Assembly: GCA_051294375.1 (NCBI GenBank)
Contig: CM119263.1
Location: 827,756-891,755 of the forward strand
DNA: 64,000 nt
Direction of reading: 5' to 3'
DNA from: Paraspadella gotoi
Taxonomy: Eukaryota > Animalia > Chaetognatha
Below the pieces are notes generated by a model. That model was not told where the DNA came from. It was given only the letters and a program-made list of their open reading frames with translations, and did not search any database. The position numbers and the translations under genes are program-made. Positions 26,552 to 40,535 of this stretch are shown here, piece after piece. Numbering within the stretch: position 1 is the stretch's first letter; each line of letters starts with the position of its first letter.

Positions 26552-26566
26552 CTAAAATAGTTGACA
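25864..26566 (-). repeat. Tandemly repeated microexon cassette, about 5 copies separated by (GA)n
   Basis: tattttag|ACAATCATCAGCAACAAGAAAAA(A)G|gtaagtatcatcc at 25877-25901, 26009-26031 and 26527-26551, with degenerate copies near 26140 and 26290. Confidence 0.85.
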
Positions 26567-29137
26567 TTCCCGTTTTTCGGTTTCAGGTAAAAGAGACAAC
26601 GACGGGGTTCGAACTCGCGACCCTGTCCGGCGATTTTGGAGAGTAAGTTTCGTCGAGGCGGAACCCTGTGAGTCAAAGGAGAAACAGAGAGGTGTCAATG
26701 TATCTCGAATGTAAATAAATGTAACTGGAGAGAAAATAGTAAATAAAAAAAGAAAATCCAAGAAAGAAAATTGGAGTAAAAAGAAAGAAAGAAAATTTTA
26801 AAAAATTAAAAAAAGCGAGGTTTGTTTCTACATTTCACGCAGAAGACCCATCAAAAAAACAAAAGACATAAACATATAATTACTAACAAAATAAATCTTT
26901 GTATTCGAGTTTCTATTCAACGATGACTATTACGTATAAGATATTAAAAAATAAGAGAAAAAAAACGATATTAACCAACAAGAAAAAAAAAAGTTGAGAA
27001 AGGAAAACTACTTGTGTTTTTCGAGGAATAAAAACACGAATAATAAAAATCGATTTTTCCATCAGAAAATCGATTTTCGACGGACGCGTTTGTACTGAGC
27101 CTCATGATGACTCTATCAAAACGTTTTCAAACGACGAAGAAACGGAAAATCTCTTCGAACGTTCCGCTCAAAAAGGTGACATTTTTTTTAAATGCTCAAA
27201 AATAGAGTTTGATAAACGACCAGAAAAAAACATAAATAATATTTTGGGCGTCTGATGAAAATAAGTACTATATTTAAAGTGATGCGGCTTTTAATTAATA
27301 TTTATAGTTTTTTACTTATCCAAAGAGAGAAAAAAAACATTAGACACGTCGCGCGCAAAAAAAGAAAATATATAACATTTCGAGGCCAAATTTGAATTTA
27401 TGTTTTATCCTCATAAAAAGAAAAGAAGAAGAAGAAGAAAACGCGTGAGAATTGCGAGCGACGTCAGCACTGGAAAGAGCAGAAAGAAAGTCACGTTAAG
27501 AAGCGAGGCTCGCAGATGGAAAGCGCAACATAACAACGACATAACAACCACAACGACATCACGGAATCAAATCGATTCACAGAATATCACTGTATGATGC
27601 AAAAAGAATCACGTCGAGATGGCGAAAGAAATAAAAAACATCGTTTCATTTACTTTTTTTTCTTTTTTTTAACGCAACATCAATCACTTGAATCGTTTCT
27701 CCCAAAGTTGTTGGCAGAAGGGAGAGTCAATTACTTAGTCATAATAGTCATACGTTCCTCTTTTATATTGCCACATGTTAGCACAGATATTGAAGTTTTC
27801 CCGATAGATAACTACCATCGGAATAAATTGCTTTTCAATATGAAATTTGCATAACAGATTCAATATATTAGACAGAATAGCATGGTCTAAATCAGGTTCC
27901 TACACAAAGTGAAAACATTTACAACTAAAACTTTCTAGTCGAAAATTGATCGAAAAGAGAAAACTCCTGGGTCACGCAAAATTTTCTAGATGTAACTTTT
28001 AAAATCAATACGCACGAGCATTCATACTTTGCGTATAGTAGAGTGAGGTAAATATTTATGAATCAAATTTAATTTATTCTAAATTGTTTAAATATAATTA
28101 TTTTAAATCTTTTTTTACTTTTACAAAAAACTTAATATTATTATGTTAAATTTTATTTTTAAAAAACAACCTATATATTAAAAAAAATTGTTAGAAGTCT
28201 CTATTTGCTCAAAAAAAAATTAAAATATAATATGATTTTATTTAATTGGTACCTTATTTGTCTTTTCAAACGGCACAAAAGAGAAATTGATATTTAATTA
28301 AAAAATCAAAGCAAAACTAATTTTAACATTTAATAGTTTATACGGTAAGTATTATGTATAAATAATATTATAAATATAACCTATTGTATAAAGTAAAATT
28401 TTTTTTTAAAAATATTAATAAAAAGTAATAAAATTGTTCGGAATCTGCGATTAGAATTCTCACTTCGCCCTAATAGTGAATCGAACAAGATTAAATTCCC
28501 GCGATTCCCTTCCATCGTAATAAAGTGCAGATTAAGGGGGCACCGATGAACCCTCATAACTTACTTAATAACTCAATAATAATAATAACTTACTTAATGA
28601 CTTAATAATAATAATTACTTACTTAAAAACTTAATAATACTAATAACTTCCTTAATAACTTAATAATACTAATAACTTACTTAATCGTTGCTTTGACGCC
28701 AAACGTTTCCCGGGAAGTAATAATCGTGACTCGACGAATGAACTTAATCCCCTTAAGATCGACGATCGAGATTCGATCTCCGCTTTGATTCCCAACAAAA
28801 CAAATCATTCCATTACAATTTACGTGTCACTCGTTTACGGGATGCTGAGCTCGAAGAAGTTCTTCAATATAATTTGGATTTGTTTTAACCAATTATTTTT
28901 AAAAACTTGTCGTGATCTAGTTTTTTTATGTTTTCAATCGATCGGTGCGAGCGAAAACTTGAAATGAAAAACTTTTAAAACTTTTTTTTTTTAAATTATC
29001 AATTTTTTTATTGGTGTACGTGAGTAAAGGGTACGTGGGAAAAAATGGGAAAAAAAGATGAGCGAAAAAAAAATCGTCTCAAATCTATCGATCGATGGTC
29101 AGCGAATGATTACGCATCTGAAGTCCCCTCTCGTCCG

Positions 29138-29169
<32 letters not shown>

Positions 29170-29268
29170 NNNNNNNNNNNNNNNNNNNNNNNNNCGTCGT
29201 CGTCGTCGTCGTCGGCGACCCGCTTGACCGTGGAAAAAATTCGTGCGTCGGCAGAGACGAAAACAGTT

Positions 29269-29342
<74 letters not shown>

Positions 29343-29476
29343 CCAATGACGGGCCGGCCAATGTCCGATAAGATTAAAGAGTCGAGAAACCGGCCAATCA
29401 AGAGGCGACTTGAGGTCAACATCGCCTCGGAGCGGTGAATGAGAGGATGTGCCGATGACGATTAGCGGACGCTAAT

Positions 29477-30237
29477 TTGTGGAGAGAAGTGTGGAGAAAG
29501 TCTTGAGTGAAGTGTGATTTGTGGAGAGAAATGTGGAAAAAGTTATGAGTGAAGTGTGATTTGTGGAGAGAAGTGTGGAGAAAGTCTTGAGTGAAGTGTG
29601 ATTTGTGGAGAGAAATGTGGAGAAAGTTATGAGTGAAGTGTGATTTGTGGAGAGAAGTGTGGAGAAAGTCTTGAGTGAAGTGTGATTTGTGGAGAGAAAT
29701 GTGGAAAAAGTTATGAAGTGAAGTGTGATTTGTGGAGAGAAGTGTGGAGAAAGTCTTGAGTGAAGTGTGATTTGTGGAGAGAAATGTGGAGAAAGTTATG
29801 AGTGAAGTGTGATTTGTGGAGAGAAATGCGGAGAAAGTTATGAGTGAAGTGTGATTTGTGGAGAGAAATGCGGAGAAAGTTATGAGTGAAGTGTGATTTG
29901 TGGATAGAAGTGTGGAGAAAGTTATGAGTGAAGTGTTATTTGTGGAGAGAAGTGTGGAGAAAGTCTTGAGTGAAGTGTGATTTGTGGTGAGAAGTGTGGA
30001 GAAAGTTATGAGTGAATGTGATTTGTGGAGAGAAGTGTGGAGAAAGTCTTGAGTAAGTGTGATTTGTGGAGAGAAATGTGGAGAAAGTTATGAGTGAAGT
30101 GTTATTTGTGAGAGAATGTGGAAAAGTTATGAGTGAAGTGTGATTTGTGGAGAGAAGTGTGGAGAAAGTCTTGAGTGAAGTGTGATTTGTGGAGAGAAAT
30201 GTGGAGAAAGTATGAGTGAAGTGTTATTGTGGAGAGA
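29477..30237. repeat. 42-bp minisatellite (gagtgaagtgtgatttgtggagagaa(g/a)tgtggagaaagt(ct/ta)t)
   Basis: About 18 tandem units, mostly alternating between two variants. Confidence 0.95.
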
Positions 30238-31669
30238 ATTCGTGCAATTGTGGATATACTAATTTCGAGCCAGGGAGTTTAAGGTGCGGAATAGGAATCA
30301 GCTATTTAACTATTTAATTTTCTGAATATCAAATTTAAAAAAGAAATCAAAATAAAATTGTCTAGGTAGGAAGGAAAACATAGAGATAAAACTTGTTATG
30401 ACTGAAAGATAAGTTTCATTCACCTTTCGCCTTTTAAGTGAAGGTTCATTCACCTTAAAAATCGAGAAATAACATCGTCGTCATCAGTAATCACCCAAAA
30501 AATCATTTTTTATTTATATTTAGACATCTGTATTAAATAATATTTTTAAATGGTAAATATACCAAAATTATCTTTTTTGACATTTATCTTTTAAACTGAT
30601 ATCAAATGGTGATATTTAAATGTTTTAAAGTGAGTAATTTTCGGAATCGCCAGGAGCGAGTTGATTTGAATGACCTCCTTTTTTCTTAAAATCAGTTGAA
30701 GTACATTCGAGAAAAAGGTGAAATAAGTTTTTTACAAAGTTCATTCAAAGAAGCATACTCTTATTGCTCAAGTCAATACCATACATACATAACATCAAAG
30801 ACAAAATGTCTTTGATGTTATTAAATTTATTCATATTAATCTTGTACATGTTAAAAGTCTCAGTTTAAAAAAAAAAGAAAACAGGATTCCACTTTAAGGG
30901 GATTTCTCTTTCTCTCCTTAAAATTCAACGAATTAGCCAAATGCAATGGCTAACAAAAGGCATCTTCATCCTTTGTAGTTACGTTAATAAAGAAATAGGT
31001 TTTAAGATAAAAATTCAGTGGTAATTCGATTTTGAATTGAATTAAGAAATGAGATCTTAGTGAGCGCGTTTAAAGTAGAGCTTATGGAATTGTCACAGTC
31101 ACCAAGAGTCACATACAGTTCAAGAAACAAGTCACGTACAGTTCAAGAAATAAGAGGAAAAGTTCACAACTGGAACTTGAAGAAGATTCTCACGACTCAA
31201 GTGAGATATTTGTTTTTGAAAACTCATCTCCTTATTTCACAGATGCTGTCGTCGTTGTCATCATCAGTGGAATTTTCAATATCGCATTAACGTTCACCTA
31301 CTGTAGTATAACGTTTGTCTTAATACAAATAGTCCTTATATTATCATTAGAGGAATTTCATCGGCGCGTTTCATTTTGTCATAATTGTCATCTTCTTTGT
31401 TCCATTTTTGTATGCGTTTCGTCCGCGTCATTTGTCATCTTCTTCGCCATTTCATCGGTGCTTTCATTTTGTCCATAATTGTTCATCTTCTTCGTTCCAT
31501 TGTCATCGTTTCGTCCGACGTCATTGTCATCTTCTTCGTTTTCGAAATCTACTCGACATAATTGTTTCATGCAATGCAGCTCGTCATCGTCGTCGTCATC
31601 ATTATCCGTCATCTCTTCCTATAACCCCCAACTTAGACCGGGGTCGAATCCAACTGGAGAGAAGTGTTC

Positions 31670-31850
31670 GACCAATCGCGTCATCTGGGCTCAATATGGA
31701 GAAAAGGCCGTGGATGAGGTGGGGGGGATGGCGCTATAAATAGAACTGGGGGCGTAAAGGGGGGAGTGAGGCGTGAAAGGTCGAGACTCAAGAAACGAAA
31801 ACATTTGAGATCGCTAACAAGAGCAGACGCCGAGATTAAACGGTGAGAAA
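31670..31850 (+). promoter_or_regulatory. Candidate Pol II promoter (CCAAT + TATA) with a first-exon donor, duplicated at ~38523-38705
   Basis: accaatc near 31671, gctataaatag at 31733-31743, aacg|gtgag donor near 31842. Confidence 0.4.
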
Positions 31851-32189
31851 GTTGTGAAGATGTTAAAAGTCTTTCTGTGTGTGTGTGGGGGTTGAAGTTT
31901 ACAAGGAGTCGGGGGTAAAAGAAAGGGGAAACTCTAAGCTTTTCAACGCTATTCAATATTTTTATAATCTTTTATATTTAAAGGCTTACCTTTTATTTTT
32001 TGGGTTTAATTTTTCTGTTTTAATTATTTCTTTTATATTCTATTTTTTATTTTGGTAATCAGCGTCGTCGTCTTCGTTAAAATATTAATAATTAAGTCAT
32101 AATCATCTTTCGCAATCATTTCATTAATTCTTTAAGACATAAACGTTGTTATTTGAAACAAAATAAACGTCAAGATTCATTTGATAATA

Positions 32190-35148
32190 CATCATTCCTT
32201 TTACATCGATTTATCGCACTGAGTGCACAAGATGAGATGTCCCGGGATACGTTTCCGGACCTTTGGGCTACACAAAAAAGGGTAAACAAATTTTTCCTAA
32301 TGACAGTTTTTTTTATAAATTAATATTAAAATTAACTATATAAATCAATAAAGTAAAATAAAAAAATTTAAAAATGGGTTTAAATTTTTTTAAAATGAAA
32401 ATATCATGCATCAACCATAATCTATGAACATTTTCATTCGTTGAGTCCATAACCATTATTCTATTCTTAATAGTTTATTTGTAATTAATTTTTCTTTATT
32501 AAATATTATTTTATTTTTTTCAGATAATTTAAATTAAAAAAATTATAACTATGCCAAATGATTGAAGAAAAATTCTTATATTATAAGGGACTTACCTACC
32601 TAATATAGGCTTTCAAATACATATATAGTAAGTTATTATGATTATGTTTTGATATAGGAAAATAAATAATTTACATAATTAAATATATGAAAAAATTTAT
32701 AACTTTTGAATTTTTTTTTAGCATAATAAAATAATTTTTAATTAATTGTTCATGATGCTTTTAAATAGCTACTGGTCAGTTGTATCCTTTTAATTATAAT
32801 AATTTGATTAACTTCTTTTATTTTAGTAATACTGACTGCTATATTTACTTTACTTTTTGACAAAATCTAAAAAATTACTGATATTAAAAAATTATGTATG
32901 AAACAGACGAAAAACTTTTTTTTAAATCAGATGCTATTTAATTTTGTGGAGTGATATTATATTATCCTTGGACAAATTTAAAAAGTTTTAAACAATCCCA
33001 AACTAGACATTTTAAGGCCAAAAGTTAGGTTGTTTAAAAAAAACTGCAAGATGCAAAAAAGTAATAAAAAAAGTTATTTTCTTGAATATCTTTTGAAAAA
33101 AAAGAGGGAGCAAGGTGGGTGTGGTATCAAATTAAGCCCTAATCATGGGACACATTTCTAGAACAGTTTTGTTAAATTTTATCCATAAATCTTTACACAG
33201 TTTTATTTAAAATACGAGTTAAAAGTATAACAGTTTTTTGCATTACAAATTTCAATGAGGCATATGAAATTTTTTGTTTTTCTTTTGTAAATTGAAGAGG
33301 AAAGTCTGAATTACATTTTAATTATCATTAAATTTTCTCTACTTTATAAATTTGCTTGTATTTTTTAGTTAAAGTAAAAAACAAGCAAAAAATTTATAGT
33401 AGCTTGATAAAATGTTTTTTTTAAATATGAAAATGATAAATAATAAAATGTTTTCAGCTTGATATAAACAGTCTGGACGTTCTACCTTCTTGTCTGTGAA
33501 AAAAAATCATCATTTTTCATTATCTTCAACGCAAGAAAAGCTTGATATAATGCTTGTTTATCATTAATAAAATTTTAAAAAATTACTTAACTGCTCGACA
33601 TATTTGGACAAAGCAAGACATCATTGTGTTGAAATGTATTGCTAATTTTCTTTTAAATATAACAACCTTTATAAAGGGAATTTAATTCTATTATTTATCA
33701 TCCATTTTAATTAAGAAAAAAAATTCGCAAAAAAGGTTCATTGACTGACTTAATGATTGCATTTTTTTAAGGTTTCTTTACTGGCCCCCATTAACGCAAG
33801 ACATAAAAGTCATTATTATCATGTCACTATGTACAGATTTTCTCTACCTTTATGCCACCTGCATTCTGAATTTTCTTTTTTTCCCTTTCAAAAGTATTAA
33901 ATTAAAAAAATTAATTGAAGAGAACGATCAGCATGGAGGATACCATTGGTAAGGCCTTAGTTACCCACTTCCCGATCAAATTTTTAAACAAGGTTTTTTT
34001 TTTTCATCTATTCTAGACATAACTCTAACTATTGGTATTATTTATTTTTAATTTTTTACATTCTTCTTCGCGTAATCAAAGAAACGTTTTTCGTGTCAAA
34101 AAAATTATAGAAAAAAAAAGTAAAATGTTTTTCAAAAATTAAAAAATCTATAGAGGAATCTACTATACTTAACAAATATACTGATGTTAATATGTATTAG
34201 AACTTTGATGCCCACTCCAAATAAAAAAAATGTTAAATATACTGCTTTTCTGTCATATTAAAGATGTTACTGAATTAAGTTAAAACCTACAAAGCAGTCC
34301 GAATATCAAATATTTATACATTTGACAACCTTAAAAATGTCTAGTTGGGATTGTTAAAACTTTTTAAATTTTGTCCAAGGATAATATTATATCAGTTCAA
34401 ACAATTAAATAGCATGTGATTTAAAAAACGTTTCGTCTGTTTCATACATAATTTTTAATACCAGTAATTTTGGATTTTGTCAAAAGTAAGTAATATAGCA
34501 GTCAGTATTATAAAAATAAAGAAGTTATCAAATTATTATAATTGAGAATGATACAACTGACCAGTAGCTATTAAAAGCATCATGAACAATTAATTAATAA
34601 TTATGTTATTATGCTAAAAAAAAATTCAAAGTTTAAATTTTTTTCATACATTTAATTTTATAATTATTTATTTTCTATGTCAAAACATCATCATAATAAA
34701 CTTACTATATGTATTTGAAAGCCTATATTAGGTAGGTAAGTCCCTTATAATATAAAATTTTTCTTTAATCATTTGGCATAGTTATAATTTTTTTAATTTA
34801 AATTATTAGAAAAAAATTAAAATAATATTTTAATAAAGAAAAAATTAATTACAAATAAACTATTAAAGATAGAATAATGGTTATGGACTCAAACGAATGA
34901 AATTGTTCATAGATTATGGATGATGCATGATATTTTCATTTTTAAAAAAATTTAAAACCATTTTTAATTTTTTTTATTCTACTTTATTGATTTTATATAG
35001 CTAATTTTAATATTATTTATAAAAAAACTGTCATTAGAAAAAATTTGGATTACCCTTTTTTGTGTAGCCCAAAGGTCCGGAAACGTATCCCGGGACATCT
35101 CATTCTTGTGCACTCCATGCCGATTAATCGATGTAAAAAGGAACCGTG
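32190..35148. mobile_element. Non-autonomous foldback DNA transposon, Chapaev/CMC-like
   Basis: ~830-bp terminal inverted repeats (32190-~33020 and ~34330-35148), 3' end CCGTG, 4-bp AATA target-site duplication. The empty site is visible in the duplicate copy near 39040. Confidence 0.85.
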
Positions 35149-35417
35149 AATAATCATTAACTTTAACAGCTAGCTCAATTGTCACTTTTTAAGAAAGCCG
35201 AAAAAGAAAACTCGAACCGCTATGAGTTTTTTCGATCAATTTCGATGACGACTTAAAAGTAATGCAGCGGCCGCGGGAGGATTCCTGACGCTGCAGCCGC
35301 CGCGGAGCTGGAGGGCGTCTGCGGCGGCGGCGACGACGACGACGACCCGGGTTTAATCAACCTGTTTCTTCTTCTCGTTCTAATTTTGAGGCCGCGAACT
35401 CGTCCATCGAACGGACA

Positions 35418-35507
<90 letters not shown>

Positions 35508-36154
35508 AGCAGGTGGGTCAGTGGGTCGATTGACTTTGAGTAGGATGTTGATCGTCAAAGTGCGAATTCAAAGATGAATGTGTTGATCTCTGCTTTGGTT
35601 GGTTGATGGATTCCCTGGTTCAATGTGCTGGGCAGTTGGACAGAGTCTCGATTATATTTTTATATGTACATCTTACCAAACCTTAAAAAATTGACCAATT
35701 TGCTTGAAAATTAGTTCAATTTCAAAACCAAAAAAAACTGTACAGTCTGACCTTGAAACTCAAATGATTTTCTGACGTCAGTTGACAAATTTTTGGATGA
35801 CTGTCGTTCACCTTTTTCTTTTTTCTTTCTTTCTAGAATTAATTTTGTTTTATTCTTATCTGTTATACACTTCAGGTTCTTCTATTAATTCTTTGATAGA
35901 TTCTAGCTCCGCCGATAACAAAGAATACGTAGAAATGCGAATGTGAATAAAACACGAGCAATAAACTTTTTTAAATTCTATTGGCATTTTATAACCTAAT
36001 AATAAAAGAAAAGAAAAAAAAATGAATAAAAAAAAGAAAATAAAAAAACACATATATCAATAAACATTAGAATTAAACATTGGTGTTTGTTATTTTTAGA
36101 TCGACCCCAAAATCTAAAGGATTTTTATTTTGAAAGGAAAAATCCTCAATCAAA

Positions 36155-36193
<39 letters not shown>

Positions 36194-36326
36194 CCAATGA
36201 CGGGCCGGCCAATGTCCGATAAGATTAAAGAGTCGAGAAACCGGCCAATCAAGAGGCGACTTGAGGTCAACATCGCCTCGGAGCGGTGAATGAGAGGATG
36301 TGCCGATGACGATTAGCGGACGCTAA

Positions 36327-37097
36327 TTTGTGGAGAGAAGTGTGGAGAAAGTCTTGAGTGAAGTGTGATTTGTGGAGAGAAATGTGGAAAAGTTATGAGT
36401 GAAGTGCTGATTTGTGGAGAGAAGTGTGGAGAAAGTCTTGAGTGAAGTGTGATTTGTGGAGAGAAATGTGGAGAAAGTTATGAGTGAAGTGTGATTTGTG
36501 GAGAGAAGTGTGGAGAAAGTCTTGAGTGAAGTGTGATTTGTGGAGAGAAATGTGGAAAAAGTTATGAGTGAAGTGTGATTTGTGGAGAGAAGTGTGGAGA
36601 AAGTCTTGAGTGAAGTGTGATTTGTGGAGAGAAATGTGGAGAAAGTTATGAGTAGAAGTGTGCATTTGTGGAGAGAAATGCGGAGAAAGTTATGAGTGAA
36701 GTGTGATTTGTGGAGAGAAATGCGGAGAAAGTTATGAGTGAAGTGTGATTTGTGGATAGAAGTGTGGAGAAAGTTATGAGTGAAGTGTTATTTGTGGAGA
36801 GAAGTGTGGAGAAAGTCTTGAGTGAAGTGTGATTTGTGGTGAAGAAGTGTGGAGAAAGTTATGAGTGAAGTGTGATTTGTGGAGAGAAGTTGGAGAAAGT
36901 CTTGAGTGAAGTGTGGATTTGTGGAGAGAAATGTGGAGAAAGTTATGAGTGAAGTGTTATTTGTGGAGAGAATGTGAAAAAGTTATGAGTGAAGTGTGAT
37001 TTGTGGAGAGAAGTGTGGAGAAAAGTCTTGAGTGAAGTGTGATTTGTGGAGAGAAATGTGGAGAAAGTTATGAGTGAAGTGTTATTTGTGGAGAGAA
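36327..37097. repeat. 42-bp minisatellite, duplicate copy
   Basis: Same unit and variant order as 29477-30237. Confidence 0.95.
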
Positions 37098-39311
37098 TCG
37101 TGCAATTGTGGATACTAATTCGAGCCAGGGAGTTTAAGGTGCGGAATAGGAATCAGCTATTTAACTATTTAATTTTCTGAATATCAAATTTAAAAAAGAA
37201 ACAAAATAAAATTGTCTAGGTAAGGAAGGAAAAACAATAGAGTAAAAACTTGTTATGACTGAAAGATAAAGTTTCATTCACCTTTCGCCTTTTAAGTGGA
37301 AGGTTCATTCACCTTAAAAATCGAGAAATACATCGTCGTCATCAGTAATCACCCAAAAAATCATTTTTTATTTATATTTAGACATTCTGTATTAAATAAT
37401 ATTTTTAAATCGGTAAATAACAAAATTATCTTTTTTGACATTATCTTTTAAACTGATATCAAATGGTGATATTAAATGTTTAAAGTGAGTACATTTTCGG
37501 AATCGCCAGGAGCGAGTTGATTTGAATGACCCTTTTTCTTAAAATCAGTTGAAGTACATTCGAGAAAAAAGGTGAAAATAGTTTTTACAAAGTTCATTCA
37601 AAGAAGCATACTCTTATTGCTCAAGTCATACCATACCATACATAACATCAAAGACAAAATGTCTTTGATGTTATTATATATTATTCATATTAATCTTGTA
37701 CATGTTAAAAGTCTCAGTTTAAAAAAAAAAGAAAACAGGATTCCACTTAAGGGGATTTCTCTTTTCTCTCCTTAAAATTCAACGAATTAGCCAAATGCAA
37801 TGCTAACAAAGGCATCTTCATCCTTTGTAGTTACATTAATAAAGAAATAAGGTTTTAAGATAAAAATTCAGTGGTAATTCCGATTTTGAATTGAATTAAG
37901 AAATGAGATCTTAGGTGAGCGCGTTTAAAGTACGAGCTTATGGAATTGTCACAGTCACCAAGAGTCACATACAGTTCAAGAAACAAGTCACGTACAGTTC
38001 AAGAAATAAGAGGAAAAGTCACAACTGGAACTTGAAGAAGATTCTCACGACTCAAGTGAATATTTGTTTTTGAAAACTCATCTCCTTATTCACAGATGCT
38101 GTCGTCGTTGTCATCATCAGTGGAATTTTCAATATCGTCATTAACGTTCACCTACTGTAGTACTAACGTTGTCTTAATACAAATAGTCCTTATATTATCA
38201 TTAAGAGGAATTTCATCGGCGCGTTTCATTTTGTCATAATTGTCATCTTCTTTGTTCCATTTGTCATCGTTTCGTCCGACGTCATTGTCATCTTCTTCGC
38301 CATTTCATCGGTGCGTTTCATTTTGTCATAATTGTCATCTTCTTCGTTCCATTTGTCATCGTTTCGTCCGACGTCATTGTCATCTTCTTCGTTTTCGAAT
38401 CTACTCGACATAATTGTTCATGCAATGCAGGCTCGTCATCGTCGTCGTCATCATTATCGTCATCTCTTCCCTATAACCCCCACTTAGACTCGGGGTCGAA
38501 TCCAACTGGAGAGAAGTGTTCGACCAATCGCGTCATCTGGGCTCAATATGGAGAAAAGGCCGTGGATGAGGTGGGGGGGATGGCGCTATAAATAGAACTG
38601 GGGGCGTAAAGGGGGGAGTGGAGGCGTGAAGAGGATCGAGACTCAAGAAACGAAAACATTTGAGATCCTTACAAGAGCAGACGCCGAGATTAAACGGTGA
38701 GAAAGTTGTGAAGATGTTAAAAGTCTTTCTGTGTGTGTGTGGGGGGGTGAAGTTACAAGGAGCGGGGGTAAAAGAAAGGGGAACTCTTTAAGCTTTTCAA
38801 CGCTATTCAATATTTTTTATAATCTTTATATTTAAAGGCTTACCCTTTTATTTTTTTGGGTTTATTTTTCTGTTTTAATTATTTACTTTTATATTCTATT
38901 TTTATTTTGGTAATCAGCGTCGTCGTCTTCGTTAAAATATTAATTATTAAGTCATAATCATCTTCGCAATCATTTCATTAATTCTTTAAGACATAAACGT
39001 TGTTATTTGAACAAAATAAACGTCAAGATTCATTTGATAATAATCATTAACTTTTAACAGCTAGCTCAATTGTCACTTTTTAAGAAAGCCGAAAAAGAAA
39101 AACTCGAACCGCTATGAGTTTTTTCGATCAATTTCGATGACGACTTAAAAGTTAATGCAGCGGCCGCGGGAGGATTCCTGACGCTGCAGCCGCCGCGGAG
39201 CTGGAGGGCGGCTGCGGCGGCGGCGACGACGACGACGACCCCGGGTTAATCAACCTGTTTCTTCTTCTCGTTCTAATTTTGAGGCCGCGAACTCGTCCAT
39301 CGAACGGGACA

Positions 39312-39425
<114 letters not shown>

Positions 39426-40120
39426 AGCAGGTGGGTCAGTGGGTCGATTGACTTTGAGTAGGATGTTGATCGTCAAAGTGCGAATTCAAAGATGAATGTG
39501 TTGATCTCTGCTTTGGTTGGTTGATGGATTCCCTGGTTCAATGTGCTGGGCAGTTGGACAGAGTCTCGATTATATTTTTATATGTACATCTTACAAAAAC
39601 CTTAAAAAATTGACCAATTTGCTTGAAAATTAGTTCAATTTCAAAACCAAAAAAAACTGTACAGTCTGACCTTGAAACTCAAATGATTTTCTGACGTCAG
39701 TTGACAAATTTTTGGATGACTGTCGTTCACCTTTTTCTTTTTTCTTTCTTTTCTAGAATTAATTTTGTTTTATTCTTATCTGTTATACACTTCAGGTTCT
39801 TCTATTAATTCTTTGATAGATTCTAGCTCCGCCGATAACAAAGAATACGTAGAAATGCGAATGTGAATAAAACACGAGCAATAAACTTTTTTAAATTCTA
39901 TTGGCATTTTATAACCTAATAATAAAAGAAAAGAAAAAAAAATGAATAAAAAAAAGAAAAATAAAAAAAACACATATATCAATAAACATTAGAATTAAAC
40001 ATTGGTGTTTGTTATTTTTAGATCGACCCCAAAATCTAAAGGATTTTTATTTTGAAAGGAAAAATCCTCAATCAAAGGGTGAGATCCCCAAGGGAGGTCG
40101 TTCTAGTGGGTCAAGGAGAA

Positions 40121-40175
<55 letters not shown>

Positions 40176-40503
40176 GGATAGAGACAAGAGAGAAAAAGAT
40201 TGAGAGAAAAAGTTTAAAACAGAGATACATTTAAGCACCAAATAAAATTAACTAAACTTTTTTTCTTGTTATCTCTCTTTCTCTCTCTCTCTCTCTCTCT
40301 CACATCTCCCCGACATCTGGTTTTCGTCCTACAACCCCCCGGTCCGATCCCAAAGTGGACTGACCACAAAAAGTGACCGGAGTGAAAATTGGGTCGGGGG
40401 TGAACTTCCCCGGATTGAAGAATTGCGTAACCCAAAGATTGACCCCCGCGCCGGCCGGCCACACAACCCGGGGCCCTCCTCTCGTACGGCCTCCTCGGAT
40501 AAC

Positions 40504-40535
<32 letters not shown>

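Noticed and set aside
29477-30237. Regular repeat array as a CRISPR, or as a His-rich coding repeat (ORF 36393-36665)
   Set aside because: Units are contiguous with no unique spacers, the context is eukaryotic, and indels break the frame; it is a minisatellite.
33020-34330. Transposase remnant inside the foldback element
   Set aside because: No ORF of 60 aa or more and no recognisable transposase motif.
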